From Sphaerodactylus townsendi (taxonomy: Eukaryota), in contig NC_059430.1 of the NCBI RefSeq assembly GCF_021028975.2, positions 99,820,001 to 99,884,000 of the forward strand: a stretch of 64,000 nucleotides of DNA, given 5' to 3'. The position numbers and the translations under genes are program-made. Below, in pieces: positions 12,634 to 25,810 of the stretch. The notes under the pieces were generated by a model. That model searched no databases, had not been told where the DNA came from, and saw only the letters and a program-made list of their open reading frames with translations. Every line of letters starts with the position of its first letter. The first letter of the stretch is position 1.

Positions 12634-12757
12634 ATGAACATGGATGCCAACGAGGTACTTCCGCCCCATTTCAATGCTGCTGATAAATGGTCTGGAATGA
12701 TCCATGAGCCACTGGACCAAGGAAACTGTGCTGGCTCTTGGGCCTTTTCTACTGCAG
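12634..12757 (+). CDS. TINAGL1: TINAGL1 coding exon: MNMDANEVLPPHFNAADKWSGMIHEPLDQGNCAGSWAFSTA (papain C1A active-site motif with Cys replaced by Ser)
   Basis: Polypyrimidine tract plus cag acceptor, G|gtagg donor; 124 nt; HEPLDQGNCAGSWAFSTA matches the recalled human sequence. Confidence 0.97.
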
Positions 12758-14037
12758 GTAGGTTAGTGAGACTCTCAAATGGAAGCAACACACTGCAGGA
12801 ATAGATGCAGAGGAAGAGGGGTGTCCCTTTGCTCGCTTTTCCTCTGTGTTACTACATGCTGACTTCCAGGGTTTTTTTATCTTACAATCTCAGCAAATCT
12901 AGTTTCTCAACTTATTTTGGAAGACTCCTATCAGCTGGACTGCTGAGACCCATTTGTAGATCATCTGCTCAAAACATTTTGGAAATCTGGGCAATTACCC
13001 ATAAGATTCACCCCTCTTTGAAAAGCCAAGTCTGATCCCCCGGTTGAGGCATTTCCAGTTATTCCCAGATGTGGGAGATCATTCCGGAGTTCATGTCAGT
13101 CTGCTAGCGAATGGAGAAGGAAGGTGTGTCACGTGTTCACCCCACAGTTTCAAAGGTCACTAATCATGTGCAAGTGGTAGAATTCTGGAGCGTAAACACT
13201 TCAGATTGCAAATGGGAAAGGTGCAGCTTCATTCGGGGAGGGGGGAGGCTCATGGAACATAAGGCAGGAAGAAATCCCTGCATTTCAGGTAGAGTTCCAA
13301 AATATGACCCTTTCTTGTTTCTGCCCCCATGTCTATCACTTAGGGTTGACCATATCTGGAGAAAAAAATGTTCTGTCCCATAAATAGAGGCCCAATGTAT
13401 AGAAGTAGGCAGGTAAGGCTTTTCATGGTGGAGAGGCCAAGAACATCATTTGGCAAATAACAGGAGCTATTAAAGGACAGCTCTTTTTTTTCTTTCAGGC
13501 TGGGTGCAATCCTACTACTCCTTAATTCTGCTCATCACTGCTTTTCATACTAAGCTTTCTCTGAGCATGAAAATATGAAAGCAAAGCACATCTTTGCAAA
13601 GCATTTGGCATATGAATGAGTTCTAACCAGCCTATCATCCAAGTAGAATTGCCAACACTGGTTCAACAAATCCCTAGAGATTTGGGTGTGCAGTCTGGGA
13701 GGGGAGGGACTCAGCAGCAGTGTGATTCCGTAGAATTTCCGCTCTGAAGGTTTCCCTGGGGGAAAATGGTGTTTGTAAACCAGAGATCAGTTGTAATCCT
13801 GGGTAAACACCAGGGCCCCAACAGTCAAGGTGCATCTGCTGCCTACCACCTGGGTGGACTAGGATAGCCTGATCCTGTCAGATCTCAGAAGATAAGCAAG
13901 GTCAGCCCTGGGTAGTGCTCGGATGGGAGATTGCCAAGGAAGTTTAGGATTGCCACTCAGAGGCAGACAGGCAAACCATCCCTGAATGTCTGTTACTATG
14001 AAACCCCTACAGGGTCACCATAAGTCAGCTGCAACTG

Positions 14038-14173
14038 NNNNNNNNNNNNNNNNNNNNNNNNNNNNNNNNNNNNNNNNNNNNNNNNNNNNNNNNNNNNNNN
14101 NNNNNNNNNNNNNNNNNNNNNNNNNNNNNNNNNNNNNNNNNNNNNNNNNNNNNNNNNNNNNNNNNNNNNNNNN
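14038..14173. other. Assembly gap (N run)
   Basis: 136 N. Confidence 1.
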
Positions 14174-14714
14174 ATTACCTATGAAAGCTCAGGCTTCATT
14201 AAACCACTTAACTTCTCTGCTAGGGCATGCCCACACAATAAAACTGTGCCTGTTTTATGCCAATTTAAAATGTTAAGGGCTTCCCCCAAAGAATCCTGGG
14301 ATCTGTAATTTGACCGAAGGCCATTAGGTTCCACTTAAGAGCATAACAGGGGCCATCATTTGCTAGGGAGATAATATGCCTCTTGAATCAGTTTACAACT
14401 CAGGCGTAGAGGGCCAGTGAGGTGTAGTGGTTACATTGTCAGACTAGGATGCTAACCTGCTGTCTCACGGAAATTGTTATTATGCAGAGAAAATGGAGGA
14501 GAGCCACAAAATGTAAGTCACTTTGGCTTCCCGTTAGAGAGGAAGGCAGGGTAGGAATGAAGTAAACAGACAAACAAACAGTACAGTTACATCCCAGAGT
14601 ACAGCAAAGGGGGTGTGTCTTCCTGTGAGTAGAGACACTGATGGGATGGACAAAGGCAAGTAGCTCCATCATGACATTAATCCTGACATTTAAATACCTG
14701 TGTTTTCACCCTAG

Positions 14715-14865
14715 CGGTGGCCTCGGACCGAATCTCCATCCACTCCATGGGGCACATGACTCCTGCCTTGTCTCCCCAGAACCTCCTTTCCTGTAATACC
14801 CGCCACCAGCAAGGTTGCAGTGGAGGCCGGATTGATGGGGCTTGGTGGTTTCTACGCAGGAGAGG
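14715..14865 (+). CDS. TINAGL1: TINAGL1 coding exon: AVASDRISIHSMGHMTPALSPQNLLSCNTRHQQGCSGGRIDGAWWFLRRRG
   Basis: ccctag acceptor and GG|gtgag donor; 151 nt; cathepsin-B-like LSPQNLLSC and GCxGG motifs. Confidence 0.97.
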
Positions 14866-15018
14866 GTGAGTCAGTGCAAGCGGGCCAGTCCTTTCGATTT
14901 TGAAATGCATCCTGGGATGGTGTTGACCTTACTGAGCATGACTTGTGAGGATTCTTCTCCATGTTTGAATCTGTCATGTCATATTTGTTTACTTTGTTTT
15001 AAATATTTATCATATACC

Positions 15019-15410
15019 CAGTGGTGGGATCCAAAATTTTTAGTAACAGGTTCCCATGGTGGTGGGATTGAAACTGTGGCGTAGCGCCAGTGGGGCTGGG
15101 TGGGGCACGCTGGGGGCGTGGCCGGGCATTCCGGGGGTGGGGCATTCCTGGGCAGGGCTGTGGCAATGACGCAGCCGCTGCGCCGGTCCTTGGGCGGGAA
15201 ACGAATGCACGCAGGCGCAGGCTGCCACACGCACTGGTGCACCTCCTGCTAGACTGCTTCAAGTTCTGCGCGCTACTGCTGAGAGGAGGGGTGTAACTAA
15301 GGCAAAAATCACGTGGCAAAATCACCAATTAGTAACCCCCTCTCAGCACACACAAATAATTAGTAACCTACTCTCGGGAACCTGTGAGAACCTGCTGGAT
15401 CCCACCTCTG
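15019..15410 (-). mobile_element. Non-autonomous hAT element with the same ends as 3008-3586 but a GC-rich interior
   Basis: CAGTGGTGGGATCC...GGATCCCACCTCTG; exact TSD CATATACC. Confidence 0.88.
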
Positions 15411-15477
15411 CATATACCCATCTTTCTCCTGGGCATCTCCATGGTCATTTGGAGATTCACATAAAGCTGCCTGGTTC

Positions 15478-15723
15478 CAGAGGCGTACCTAGGGAAAATG
15501 TAGCCCAGAACAAAATTGGAGTCCCCCTCCCACCCTGGAATGGGTGACCATCCTCTCCCACCAAAACCAAACCACGTTTTTTTGCACCAGATCTTGAAGT
15601 CAGTGTATGGACGCAGGGGGAAGGAGGAGGAGTGTGGGGGCGATTTTCCACCCCCCACATGACTAAATGGTCACAGCCCAGGGACATTGGATCCCATATG
15701 TCCACCTGGGCAGTACGCCCCTG
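15478..15723 (+). mobile_element. hAT-type MITE (CAGAGGCGTAC...GTACGCCCCTG); related copy at 29639-30050
   Basis: TIRs; imperfect TSD cctggttc/cctgatac; interior shared with 29639-30050. Confidence 0.75.
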
Positions 15724-17023
15724 CCTGATACTGAATCAGTCCATTAGTCCGTCACATCAGTATTGTTCTCGAAATGACAGTGGCTCTTCAGTGTCTCAGA
15801 CAGAAGTCTTTCATATCGCTGATTACCTGAGCCTTTTATCTGGAGATGCTATCAATTGAGCTTGGGATTTTCTCCATGCCAAGCAGAGGCTTTTCCACTG
15901 AGCCACAGCCCCTCCCATGGGTCTGTGGTGGTTTTTAGTGTGGCATTTCCAGAACCCGTCAGAAGCTTTGCCAGATTCTAATAGCCCCCTGTTCTGGTTC
16001 ATCTAGAAATGCATCTATGTCTAATCTTGAAATCAAGTGCCTAATTTTGATTTAACCAGAATTCTATTACATTCTTGTCTCAGAGGACGCTGTTGACCCA
16101 GAGCAGAACTTTCTATGTCTGCCCCAAGATCTCTGCGTATTGCAGAAGATTCTGTGGGGAGTTCCCTCAGGTGCACACTCAAGTCTTTTGGGGTGTGGAC
16201 CAGGCCCAGTGGATTTTTCCATTGCTCCATATGTATTAGCAATGTGCCTTCCAAATGCATCCAGTGACAGTGGCGTATCTGCCTAGGGACAGGGGGTACC
16301 CTCTGTCCCTGGGTACCACTAATCTGGTCATGTGGGGGGCGCAAATCAGCCCCCACGTGACCAGGAAAACGGCAAGGCAGCAGGAAGTCCTGTTGCCTCA
16401 TCGTCTTCGGGCGCCCTCAACCCCGCCCACTTGTCATCGACATGGGTGGGACCTATGAAGCCCAAGGACACCGCCCCCACCCCAAGCCTCACCCCCTCTC
16501 CCGGCTTCCAGCAGGCAGCCGGCAGCCAGCAGTCCCTTCTGCCCTCCCCTCTGGGGACCACAGAAGGAATGGAAAGGTTCTATCCTTGGCAACTTTGCTT
16601 TTATAAGCACGGGGGTGGGGCTTGGAAGCAGGGGGAAATGTTCATATACAACCATGTCTCCTTTTACTCAAGGTGTCTAACAATCCAACAAAAGTTACAA
16701 GGACACAAAGACAATGTAACCAGTCCATCAACCAAGTTAAACGATGGAAAACATTTTTAAAAAAATACTTATTTATGCCATTTGCCTTAGTTTGGGGGAA
16801 TCTCCGAAGATCAGTAAAGCTACAGTGCAGCAACCAGAGGCATCACCAGAGCCAGTGGGAAAATGAGGGCTAGAGACTGGAATCTGTGGGGCTTGAAGGA
16901 ATTGTGGGTCAAGACATAGGAAGAACCCTTGGAAGAACCCATAGGGAACAGATACCCTCAGATTACTTAACTGTTAATCTCTTAAATCACCCTCTTCCCC
17001 CATGTTCCTCTTGGGCCTTCCAG

Positions 17024-17213
17024 AGTGGTGACAGATGACTGTTATCCTTTCAACAACCAAGACAAAGATAGTTCTCCAGCATCCCCTCCTTGCATGATGC
17101 ACAGCCGAGCCACGGGCCGAGGGAAGAGGCAAGCCACGGCACGCTGCCCGAATCCCCGGGCACACGCAAACGATATCTACCAGTCTACCCCTGCTTACCG
17201 ACTCTCCTCCAGC
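17024..17213 (+). CDS. TINAGL1: TINAGL1 coding exon: VVTDDCYPFNNQDKDSSPASPPCMMHSRATGRGKRQATARCPNPRAHANDIYQSTPAYRLSSS
   Basis: ttccag acceptor and gtaagt donor; 190 nt; PPCMMHSRAxGRGKRQATAxCPN is characteristic of TINAGL1. Confidence 0.97.
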
Positions 17214-17527
17214 GTAAGTTCTAGAAGCCATACAGGGATTGTGTTTCCCAACTCACGGTTGGGAAATTCCTGCAGATTTGGGGATGGAGCCTGGGGGAGG
17301 GGAAGGACCACTGAAGGGTATAGTGCCATACAGTCACCCCCTCCAAAGCAGCCATTTTCTCCATGGGAACTGGATTCTGGGGGTTTTCCAGGCCCCACCC
17401 ATGGATTGGTCACCCTGTGTTTGGGGTGCAATTTAATGGTTTAGTGTGGCTTGAGATACACCTGAGACAGTAGTAGCAATCCCTTCCCCAAGATAGGTAA
17501 TTTAATAGCAATTTGCTAATTGGCATC

Positions 17528-17815
17528 AAGAAGAAGAAGAAGAAGAGTTTGGGTTTATATCCCACCTTTCTCTCCCGTAAGGAGATTCAAGCTCCTTTCC
17601 CTTCCCACAACAGACACATTGTTAGGTAGGTGGGGCTGAGAGAGTTCCCAAGAACTGTGACTAGCCCAAGGTCACCCAGCAGGAATGCAGCAATGCAGAA
17701 GCAAATCTGGTTCACCAGATAAGCCTCTGCCACTCAGGTGGAGGAGTGGGGAATCAAACCCGGTTCTCCAGATGAGAATCCACCTGCTGCTAACCACTAC
17801 ACCATGCTGGCTCTC
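17528..17815 (-). mobile_element. Squam3-like SINE
   Basis: (AAG)n tail, gtgactagcccaaggtcacccagc core, taaccactacaccatgctggctctc head. Confidence 0.85.
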
Positions 17816-18731
17816 AAGACATGTTGGGTGGCTTGAAGCAATGGAAAACAAGGATCTGTTTCAGGTCCATTGAGGAAAAGACCGCTCTTGAAGTGACCTT
17901 TCAGAGAATATGCCCATTGCTCGGTGCCTGACCAAGTGATACATTTTGAACCAAAGGCTCCCGAAGTCCAGGTGAGCAGACTTGTAATGCAAGTTCTGTG
18001 CTTGGAATTTAATTTCCGGGAGCATCAAGGCTGACTCGGATCAGGACCACGGTGCATGAGGGAAAGAGGTGTTAAGCCTTCCCTCCATCCCATTTTTCTG
18101 ACCTACATTGACCCCCATTGGGGAAATGTACATGGTCCCCCAATAAGATAAACAGCACCCTGGGAGCTGTTTTAGTGTGGTATAGTGGTTACAATGTCAG
18201 ACTTGGATCTGGGAGATTCAATTCTGAATCCCCACTCATGCCACGGGAGCTCTCTGGGTGACCTTGGGCTGGTAAATAGTCTCAGCCTAAACCTACCTCA
18301 TAGGGTTGTTGTGAAGATAAACTGGAGGAATGACTGAAGCTGCTTTGGGGTCCCATTGGGGAGTCAGGCAGAAGTGAAGAGTTGCATAAATAAATAAATT
18401 TCAGATCAGAAAAACAGCAGAAGAGGCTTCAGCTCGCTACTCCTCACACAATGCGATCCTGGTCAAATTCAGCCCCTTCCCACCAGCAGTATACGTCTAC
18501 TCTGGGGGTTCACAGAAGAAGCATAAAATGAAGTTAGGCCCAATTGAAGACCCTATGCATTCATCCCATCATGCCATTATGAGGATTCCAACTGCATCAC
18601 AGATCTAAGGCCAGAACATTCAGAGTCCAAGAATGGAACAGCCTTGGAGATACTGATCTTTGCTGAGCTAGAGAGGAGCAAAAGGAAGGAGGCTTCCTGG
18701 TCTTTGACTGAGCTCTCCCCTTTCCTTGCAG

Positions 18732-18777
18732 GAGAAGGAGATCATGAAAGAGCTCATGGAAAATGGACCTGTGCAAG
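18732..18777 (+). CDS. TINAGL1: TINAGL1 coding exon: EKEIMKELMENGPVQ
   Basis: ccttgcag acceptor and G|gtgag donor; 46 nt. Confidence 0.95.
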
Positions 18778-19105
18778 GTGAGCAAGAGGGTTTCCCTCCA
18801 GCTGAGAGACCTTCTGGAATTTGCGGCTGCACCAAAGCTTGTGCTGGACAAGGCTGATGGAAGTCAGCGGAGCTCTTCTGGGCTTGATTAGGATTACATC
18901 GTAGCAGGAGCGGTTTCCCTGGTTACAAAATGAACATCAAAGATGATTCACATTAAAATAATATTAAGTGAGGCCACGTGGTTTGATATGGATGGAACTG
19001 TCAATCACTTTTGCGGGATGACTGGCACCACTTTCTACACACATCCACGCAGTATGAGGCTGAGCCGAGCAGGGCCTTGAAGGCATCTCGTAGTAGGGTC
19101 TATAG

Positions 19106-19605
19106 CAATGGTGGTGAACCTATGGCACGGGTGCCAGAGGTGGCACTCTGAGCCCTCTCTGTGGGCATGCACAAACAGAGCCCCCCCCCCACACACACAT
19201 CTAGGCTGGCCTGGGCCGCTGGGCTCAATTATTTGCATTAAGCCTAAGACCTAATTTTTGGGAAGCAGAGTAGGTAACCCTGTTAAGCGCTGTTAAACCC
19301 CACTGATTTTCATGCAAAGAACTAAAGCGCGATCCTTTACCTGGGAGTAAGATTGGTTGCTGGCAATGGGGCTTGCTTCTGAGTAAACCCTCCTAGGGTT
19401 GTGATTCACCCGTTGGAAGAGTTGCACAGTTACTTCAAAGCAAAGCCAGCTTACTCCCGAGTAACGCAAACCTCAGAGCCAACCGTTTTTTCTAAACTAA
19501 AACCTCAGCATTCAGGTTAAATTGCCATGTTGGCACTTTGCGATAAATAAGTGGGTTTTGGGTTGCAGTTTGGGCACTCGGTCTCGAAAAGGTTCGCCAT
19601 CACTG
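19106..19605 (+). mobile_element. Non-autonomous hAT (Charlie/hAT1-like) element, 500 bp
   Basis: CAATGGTGGTGAACCTATGGCAC...AGGTTCGCCATCACTG; TSD GTCTATAG/GTCTGTAG. Confidence 0.88.
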
Positions 19606-20004
19606 GTCTGTAGCTTAACACAGTAAAACAAATTCAGCAAGTGAGTAATAAGATGACATCTGTAGGCCAGCAGGGTTTTAGCACAGCAGCTTTCTATCTC
19701 TTCCCTTGTCCTCTTCCTTCACCTTGGACTAGTATAAAAGAGCTTGAATGGGGATGTAATGTATATTTTAACTATCCTCCCTTCCTCCCCCAGCTATATT
19801 GCTGAGTAGGAATTTTCTTGCATTTTAGTGCAACATGGATGTTGTACGATGCCCTGAACCTTTATGGGGAAGGGAGCATTATAAATCTAAATGAATGAAT
19901 GAATGAATACAATATGCATACAAGCTTGTTGTTTAAGGATGCTAAATGCCAGCGGTGGGGTACTGGCTAATCCTTGCCCATCTTTGCTCCATTTTTCTTT
20001 ACAG

Positions 20005-20128
20005 CCATCATGGAGGTGCACGAAGACTTTTTCATGTACAGGAGTGGAGTTTATCAGCATACTCCTGTAGCGGCCGGAAAGCCAGAGCAGTACCGGCGGC
20101 ATGGCACCCATTCTGTCAAAATCACAGG
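20005..20128 (+). CDS. TINAGL1: TINAGL1 coding exon: AIMEVHEDFFMYRSGVYQHTPVAAGKPEQYRRHGTHSVKITG
   Basis: tttacag acceptor and GG|gtgag donor; 124 nt; includes the papain-family His position (HSV). Confidence 0.97.
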
Positions 20129-23100
20129 GTGAGAAACAAAGGGAAGGTTTTGATGAAGAGGAAGGGAGGAGTGAGAGGAAGGGTCATGTGTGGGTGATGT
20201 TTTGAGGGGTCTTATGCAAGAGCGGAATTAGGATGGGAGTTTTGAGGTCCTCAGATTAGAGAAGACACACTAGAAGCTTTTCTCGATTGGACCAAAGGCT
20301 TTCCCGTTAGCCACGTGCGTCTTTGTCTCTGCGGTGCCCTGTGGGGATGATCTCTCTCATCTTTCCACCTCTCCGTGGGCACCGGCTGAGAGAGCAGCGT
20401 TTGGCGTCTGCCAACTCGCTGCTTGTGGAATGAGGAACGAAAACTGTTGTGTGAGGCCCTATGAGGGAAAACAGGCTCTCCGAGCAAGCTGCTGCCAGAT
20501 AAGGGCAGCCTCTCCAGGGAAGGAGAGGGAAGGATTTTTTTCTCTGACGTAAAAAAAGAAAAAAAGTCGGCTCAGTGGAAGAAGCTGACTTCTGGAGCGC
20601 AACCTGAATGGAGCCTGCGGAGGACTTTTCCCCAAGATCGGAATGGTTTCCAAGGTGCCAGAGATAGTATTGTCCCAGATGGTCAGTGGGTGGTGAGAGG
20701 GGACTAAGAGGAAGATCTAGTGGATTAGGGCCAAGAACCCCTGTTCTAAACTCCCATTTTCAGCACTTAGTTTCAGTGGATCAGAGATCAACCCTTAGGC
20801 CTGCAGGTCTCTCCCCACTGTTGTACATGTCTCTGGGTAGGCTGTGGTTCTTCAGTGAGACTGAAAATGGACTCTGTGTATGTTCTCCTGGAACTGTGAG
20901 AATTCGTGAGAATAAGGGTGCTATCAATCTGGCCCTGTTTTCTGTCTTTCTATTACATTTTCATGACATCTTTCCTCCCTGGAACTCAAAGCAGTGCATA
21001 TGATGCTCCTTTTCAAATTTTATTCTCACAACAGCCCTCTGAGTTGAATTAGTGTAATGAACGCAATTGGCCCAAAGTCCCTCATTGAGCTTTATGGCCA
21101 AGTGGGGATTTGAATACAGATTTTCCAGATCCTAGCCAGGTTAAGCACTATACCACTCTGAGGTTCTCTTCACACTTCTTCAAACCCTGATCTGGCCTAG
21201 GCTGCCAGCTGGTCTTCCTTGCTACCCTGACCTTGATACCCTGACATTTCTACTAGGAAATGTCAAAGGGCACAAAATTCAGCACACTGAACATCACAAA
21301 AGGCATGGAACCTTAAATATAGAAAATACTGGAAGGTTGAGTGGAAGAGAACTTGATCCTGACCCTCCTTCACGAAACTGCCCCGTCTCCACAGATAAAT
21401 ACACCTGTCTTGAAAAGGCATGCTTGAAATTCCAGCCTTTGGGGTGGGACTTGCTACCTCACGGGGTGAAGAATGCACTTGGTGTTGGAAGGAGCTTGGG
21501 AAAAAAAACTGCACACCAACTCTAAACAAAGCTTTGGCACCCGGAGCCCTTGCAGCTTGTAACTCCGTCTGGTGAAGTGAGAGTCAACAGTGTTGCCAGG
21601 GTGACTCATTCCAACACGGTGATCAAAACACTCCTAGACAAGCAAAGGCCCCCACTTGGAATGAAGGAAAAAACTGAACTGTGGGGCGAACAGAGGAGAA
21701 TGCAGCTGAGGGCTCCCAGCCAGCCAGTCGTTGATGCTGTATTTTCCACAAGGGTTGTTATCTCCTTTGAGAAGGGACAAGTCCTGAGTTTATTGGTGGG
21801 GAGTGAATTGGGAACTCTCCAAGACCATCACCAAAGTCACCTTACCACAGTCATGAACAAAAGGAAATGCTTCTTTATTCAGTGAGTAATTACTACCACT
21901 GGCCATAAATATAGACAACTTTAAAAGGGAATTTAACAGATTAATGGAAGAGAGGTCTATCAACGGCTTCTAGCTAAGAGGTTCCAGAAAGAACCTCTAT
22001 GTACAGAAGCAGTTATCCTCTGAATATCCATCTTAGGAGAAGGGTTGCAAACCTCCAGGTGCTAGCTGGAGATCTCCTGGGATTGCAACTGGTCTCCAGG
22101 TGACAGAGATCAGTTCACCTGAAGAAAATGGCTGCTTCAAAAAGTGGACTCCAGGGCATTATACCTCATTGAAGATTCTCCCTTCCCTAAACTCTGCTTT
22201 CCTTGGGCTCCACCTCCAAAATCTCCAGGTATTTCCCAACCCAGAATTGGCAACCCTAGTTAGCAGGCAGCATCAGCGGGGGAGGCCTTGGCCTCTATGT
22301 TTTGTTTCTTCAGCCTTCCAGAGCAACTAGGTGGCTGCTGTTTGATTAAATGGACCACTGTCCAGCAGGGCTCTTCTTATGGTTTTGCTTTACCACAGTT
22401 ATTCAAGTTTGAATACCTGCTCTGCCACAGAAGCTTACTGGGCGATCTTGAGCGAGCCACTTTCTCTCAGCCTAACCTACCTCACAGGACTGTTGTTGAT
22501 GATACAGTGCAGGAAGGGAGAACCATGCATAGAATTCTCCTGAACTCCATAGGGTGGCGGAAATATAAAAATGTGGTCGACCAACTTATCAGGAATGGGA
22601 TCTGATAGCTATGGAAAACCTAGTTAGAGTATTGTTATTAGTACCTTTCTATCCCAGTAGTTACTCTCAAGGGAGTTCACAAAAGAAAAACAATAAACAG
22701 TGTAATCCTAAGAACACTTTGAATAAAGTGGGACCCAAGGCAAAGAATGACTTGAAGTTGCTGTTTGGAGGCAATTGGGGAATGAAGCTTTTGACCCAAC
22801 TGTTCCCATTTCTTCCCGTAGCTCTTAAGATGAAGCTGTCTCCTTGCAGACACATTCAGCACCCTTTCATCTGCAGCATCCCAGTCCTGATGACATGATA
22901 TCAAATTGCAAAACCCCTTCATTTATGTTACAGTGAACCTGGACGCATTTTGAACGTGCTGGTTCCCCTAAGTCATTTGGATTACAAAATCTATTCTTGT
23001 TTCAGAGCGCTGTAATGTAGGAATTCTTGTCCCAATTCAGATAGCTAATGTTTCATTTCCCAACTCCACAGAGAACATCTGTTTGAACAATATCATTTTT

Positions 23101-23809
23101 ATTGCTAATAAAACACTTGGAAAAATTAAAGCTTTGAGATTGTGTTGGAAGATCCCATGAGAGACAGACTCGGGGCACATCATGCAGAATAAAGTGAACA
23201 GTTCTCTCTGAATTGTATTTATTCATTTAAAATATTTCTATGCCCCCTCTCCACCCAATTCAGGGCACCCGAGGCAGAGAACATTAAAAAAATAAACATT
23301 TCAGACATTAAAAAGCATTGAAATAATGAAAAAGTACTTAAAATAATTAAATAAAACATAATATAAACACAAATAAATACATGCTGAACAGTGCACTTTC
23401 TATTCACTTCCAATACACTTTACAACTGGATTTTACTGCACAAAATGGCAAAATCTGCTTGTAAATGATTGCTAATGTGCACTGAAAATGGATTGTAAGT
23501 ACATTATTCAACATATGTGAAAGTGTCCTTAAAACCCACATAAATAGAGAAGAGGGCAAATAACAGTGGTTGGAGGTATGCCAAACAAAACAAAAAAAGT
23601 ATTTACCCACTGATGGAAGACAACAGTGGATGGAGACATCATCTAGAGTTGTTTTTATCAGAGTTGCCATCTATCTAGCTTCAGATGGTGGGGATAACCA
23701 GTGAAGGTCCTCCAAGAATGAACAGAGTGGCTGGGAATAGGCTTTTCAGGCTTGGTTCCTCTTTTTGACGAGTAGAGCCATTTACATGTTCCTTTCATTT
23801 TGTGCCCAG

Positions 23810-23855
23810 GTGGGGAGAGGAGCAGACACCAGATGGACGAAACCAGAAATACTGG
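23810..23855 (+). CDS. TINAGL1: TINAGL1 coding exon: WGEEQTPDGRNQKYW
   Basis: gcccag acceptor and gtgag donor; 46 nt; matches human WGEETLPDGRTLKYW. Confidence 0.95.
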
Positions 23856-25810
23856 GTGAGTGCTGCCACTTCAGATCCAGGCTTTACCAGAAAAACCTTG
23901 TTCAGAGTTGCCGCCGAACACTTGTTTTTGATTCACATGTTATAAAGTCCTCAAGAGGTGTAAAGAGGTGTTTCTGTCACACATGAAGTAAAGTCCAGGG
24001 GCACTTTCAGTACAGACAGTGTTTACAGCAGAGTGAGCTTTTGTGAGGCAGAGCTCATGTTCAGATATGTGTGGAAATCATATTGGGAATCCATGTTATG
24101 AGGAAGATTATGGGGCAGGAGCAATCTATGGCAGAGAGTGAATTTTGCCAGGAATCTTTCAAATGTAGATTTAGTGTAGGGCAGTGTTCCCCAGCCTGTG
24201 GTGCTGGGATCCAAAAGTGGGTTGCAAAGTCACTGAAAGTGGGTTGTGGGCTAGCCTCCTTAATAACCACCTCTGCCCTTTCCATTGCTCTCTTTTGTAT
24301 TTTGGAAAGCAAAATCTGATCCTGGAAACAGTATCTTCTTTGTCATATATTGACTGGTATTTTTTTTCTTCACTGCTTTTCCATGTTGCTCGAGTAAAAT
24401 GTGCCCTGATGGTTTCTACAGTGAGTTTCTTATACTCTTAGGGAAATTGGGGAGTAATAGAGAAGGGCAGGGCAGTCAAGGCTGGAATCTAGCCTCCATA
24501 TACAAAGGCTGTGTGTGTCAAAATGCTGCTTGCTTGGGGTTCATAGTGGGGGCGGGGGGAGCTGTACCCTTTGTGCAATGTTGGTTAGTTTCTCTGAAAC
24601 ATCTGGTTAGCCACTGTAGACAATGGAATGCTAGACTAGATGGGTGGCAAGGTCATTGTTTGCCTAAGGAAGCAAAAATCTTTGGCCCGGCCCACCCTGG
24701 GTCACCATACCAAGTAAATTTGGACTTGGGAGTCCCAATAACAAAAGTGTTGGGAACCACTGCTGTCGGGGAATGAGGCGGAAAATTAGGCATGGATCCT
24801 GTTGTAAAACTTCACAGTGTGAGCTCTCCTTTGTGTCTGAAACAGAATTAGCAGTAACAAATAAGGGACGCAGAGGGAGGTTAGAAGTTCGAACAGATAA
24901 ACCAAGGGTTTAAGTGGAAATTAACTGCTGTTGGCACAAGGTAACAGCCTGGTAAAACAGGTTAAGAGCAGCCAGTCAAAATTTCTGTGAAGTGAGTCAG
25001 ACATGCCCTTGGGGGCACCCCAGTGGGAAATTAATTTCCAGGGGTTTGTAGGCCCACTCCAGGTGAAGGGCGTAGACTTGTGGAACGTGGGCTTATGCTT
25101 CTTCCCCGCACACCATTTTAGCCACCTGAAACTGTCCCAGGCAGTTGTGACTTGCCCTGTGGAAGAAGCTTACATGGAGCCATCAGCATACATGGACAGT
25201 GCAATCCTAAGCAGAGTTACACCCTTTAAAGCTCATTGTCTTTGATGGACTCAGAAGGGCTTGACTCTCCCTAGGATCACAATATAAGTAGTGGCATACC
25301 TATAGAATATGGCGCCCGGTGCAAGTGCTGAAAATGTGCCTCCCTAAATTGCGACCCCAGGGAGGGGTGGAGGGAATACAGGAGGAAACCAGCGGTAGAG
25401 GGAAGAGAGGGGGCAGATGGCTAAAAGCAACCCAGGTGAATGGCGAGACCCAGGTGAATGATACCTAGGTCAAATGTCCTCCCCCCTCCTCCCACAAGCT
25501 ACGCCAGTGATCATAAGCTTCCAAATGATGTAGGTTTACAGGGCTGTTTGGGATGGGGAAAATGGGGGGGAGGGACAAACCCCTTCCCTTTGAGTGCTAC
25601 CATCCCACCTGCATTCCATTGAAAGGGGATTTTTAGCCCTTTAAAAAAACAAGCAATAACATTATGTCTGTGATATTTGGTAACTGATATTGCTATATCT
25701 TAAAATTGATAATGTATATGTATATGTTGCTGTATAATGCTATATGTTGCATTGGTGGAAGCCTTTTGCACTTAATCAGATTATCACTATTTTCTTTTCC
25801 TTGCTCTCAG

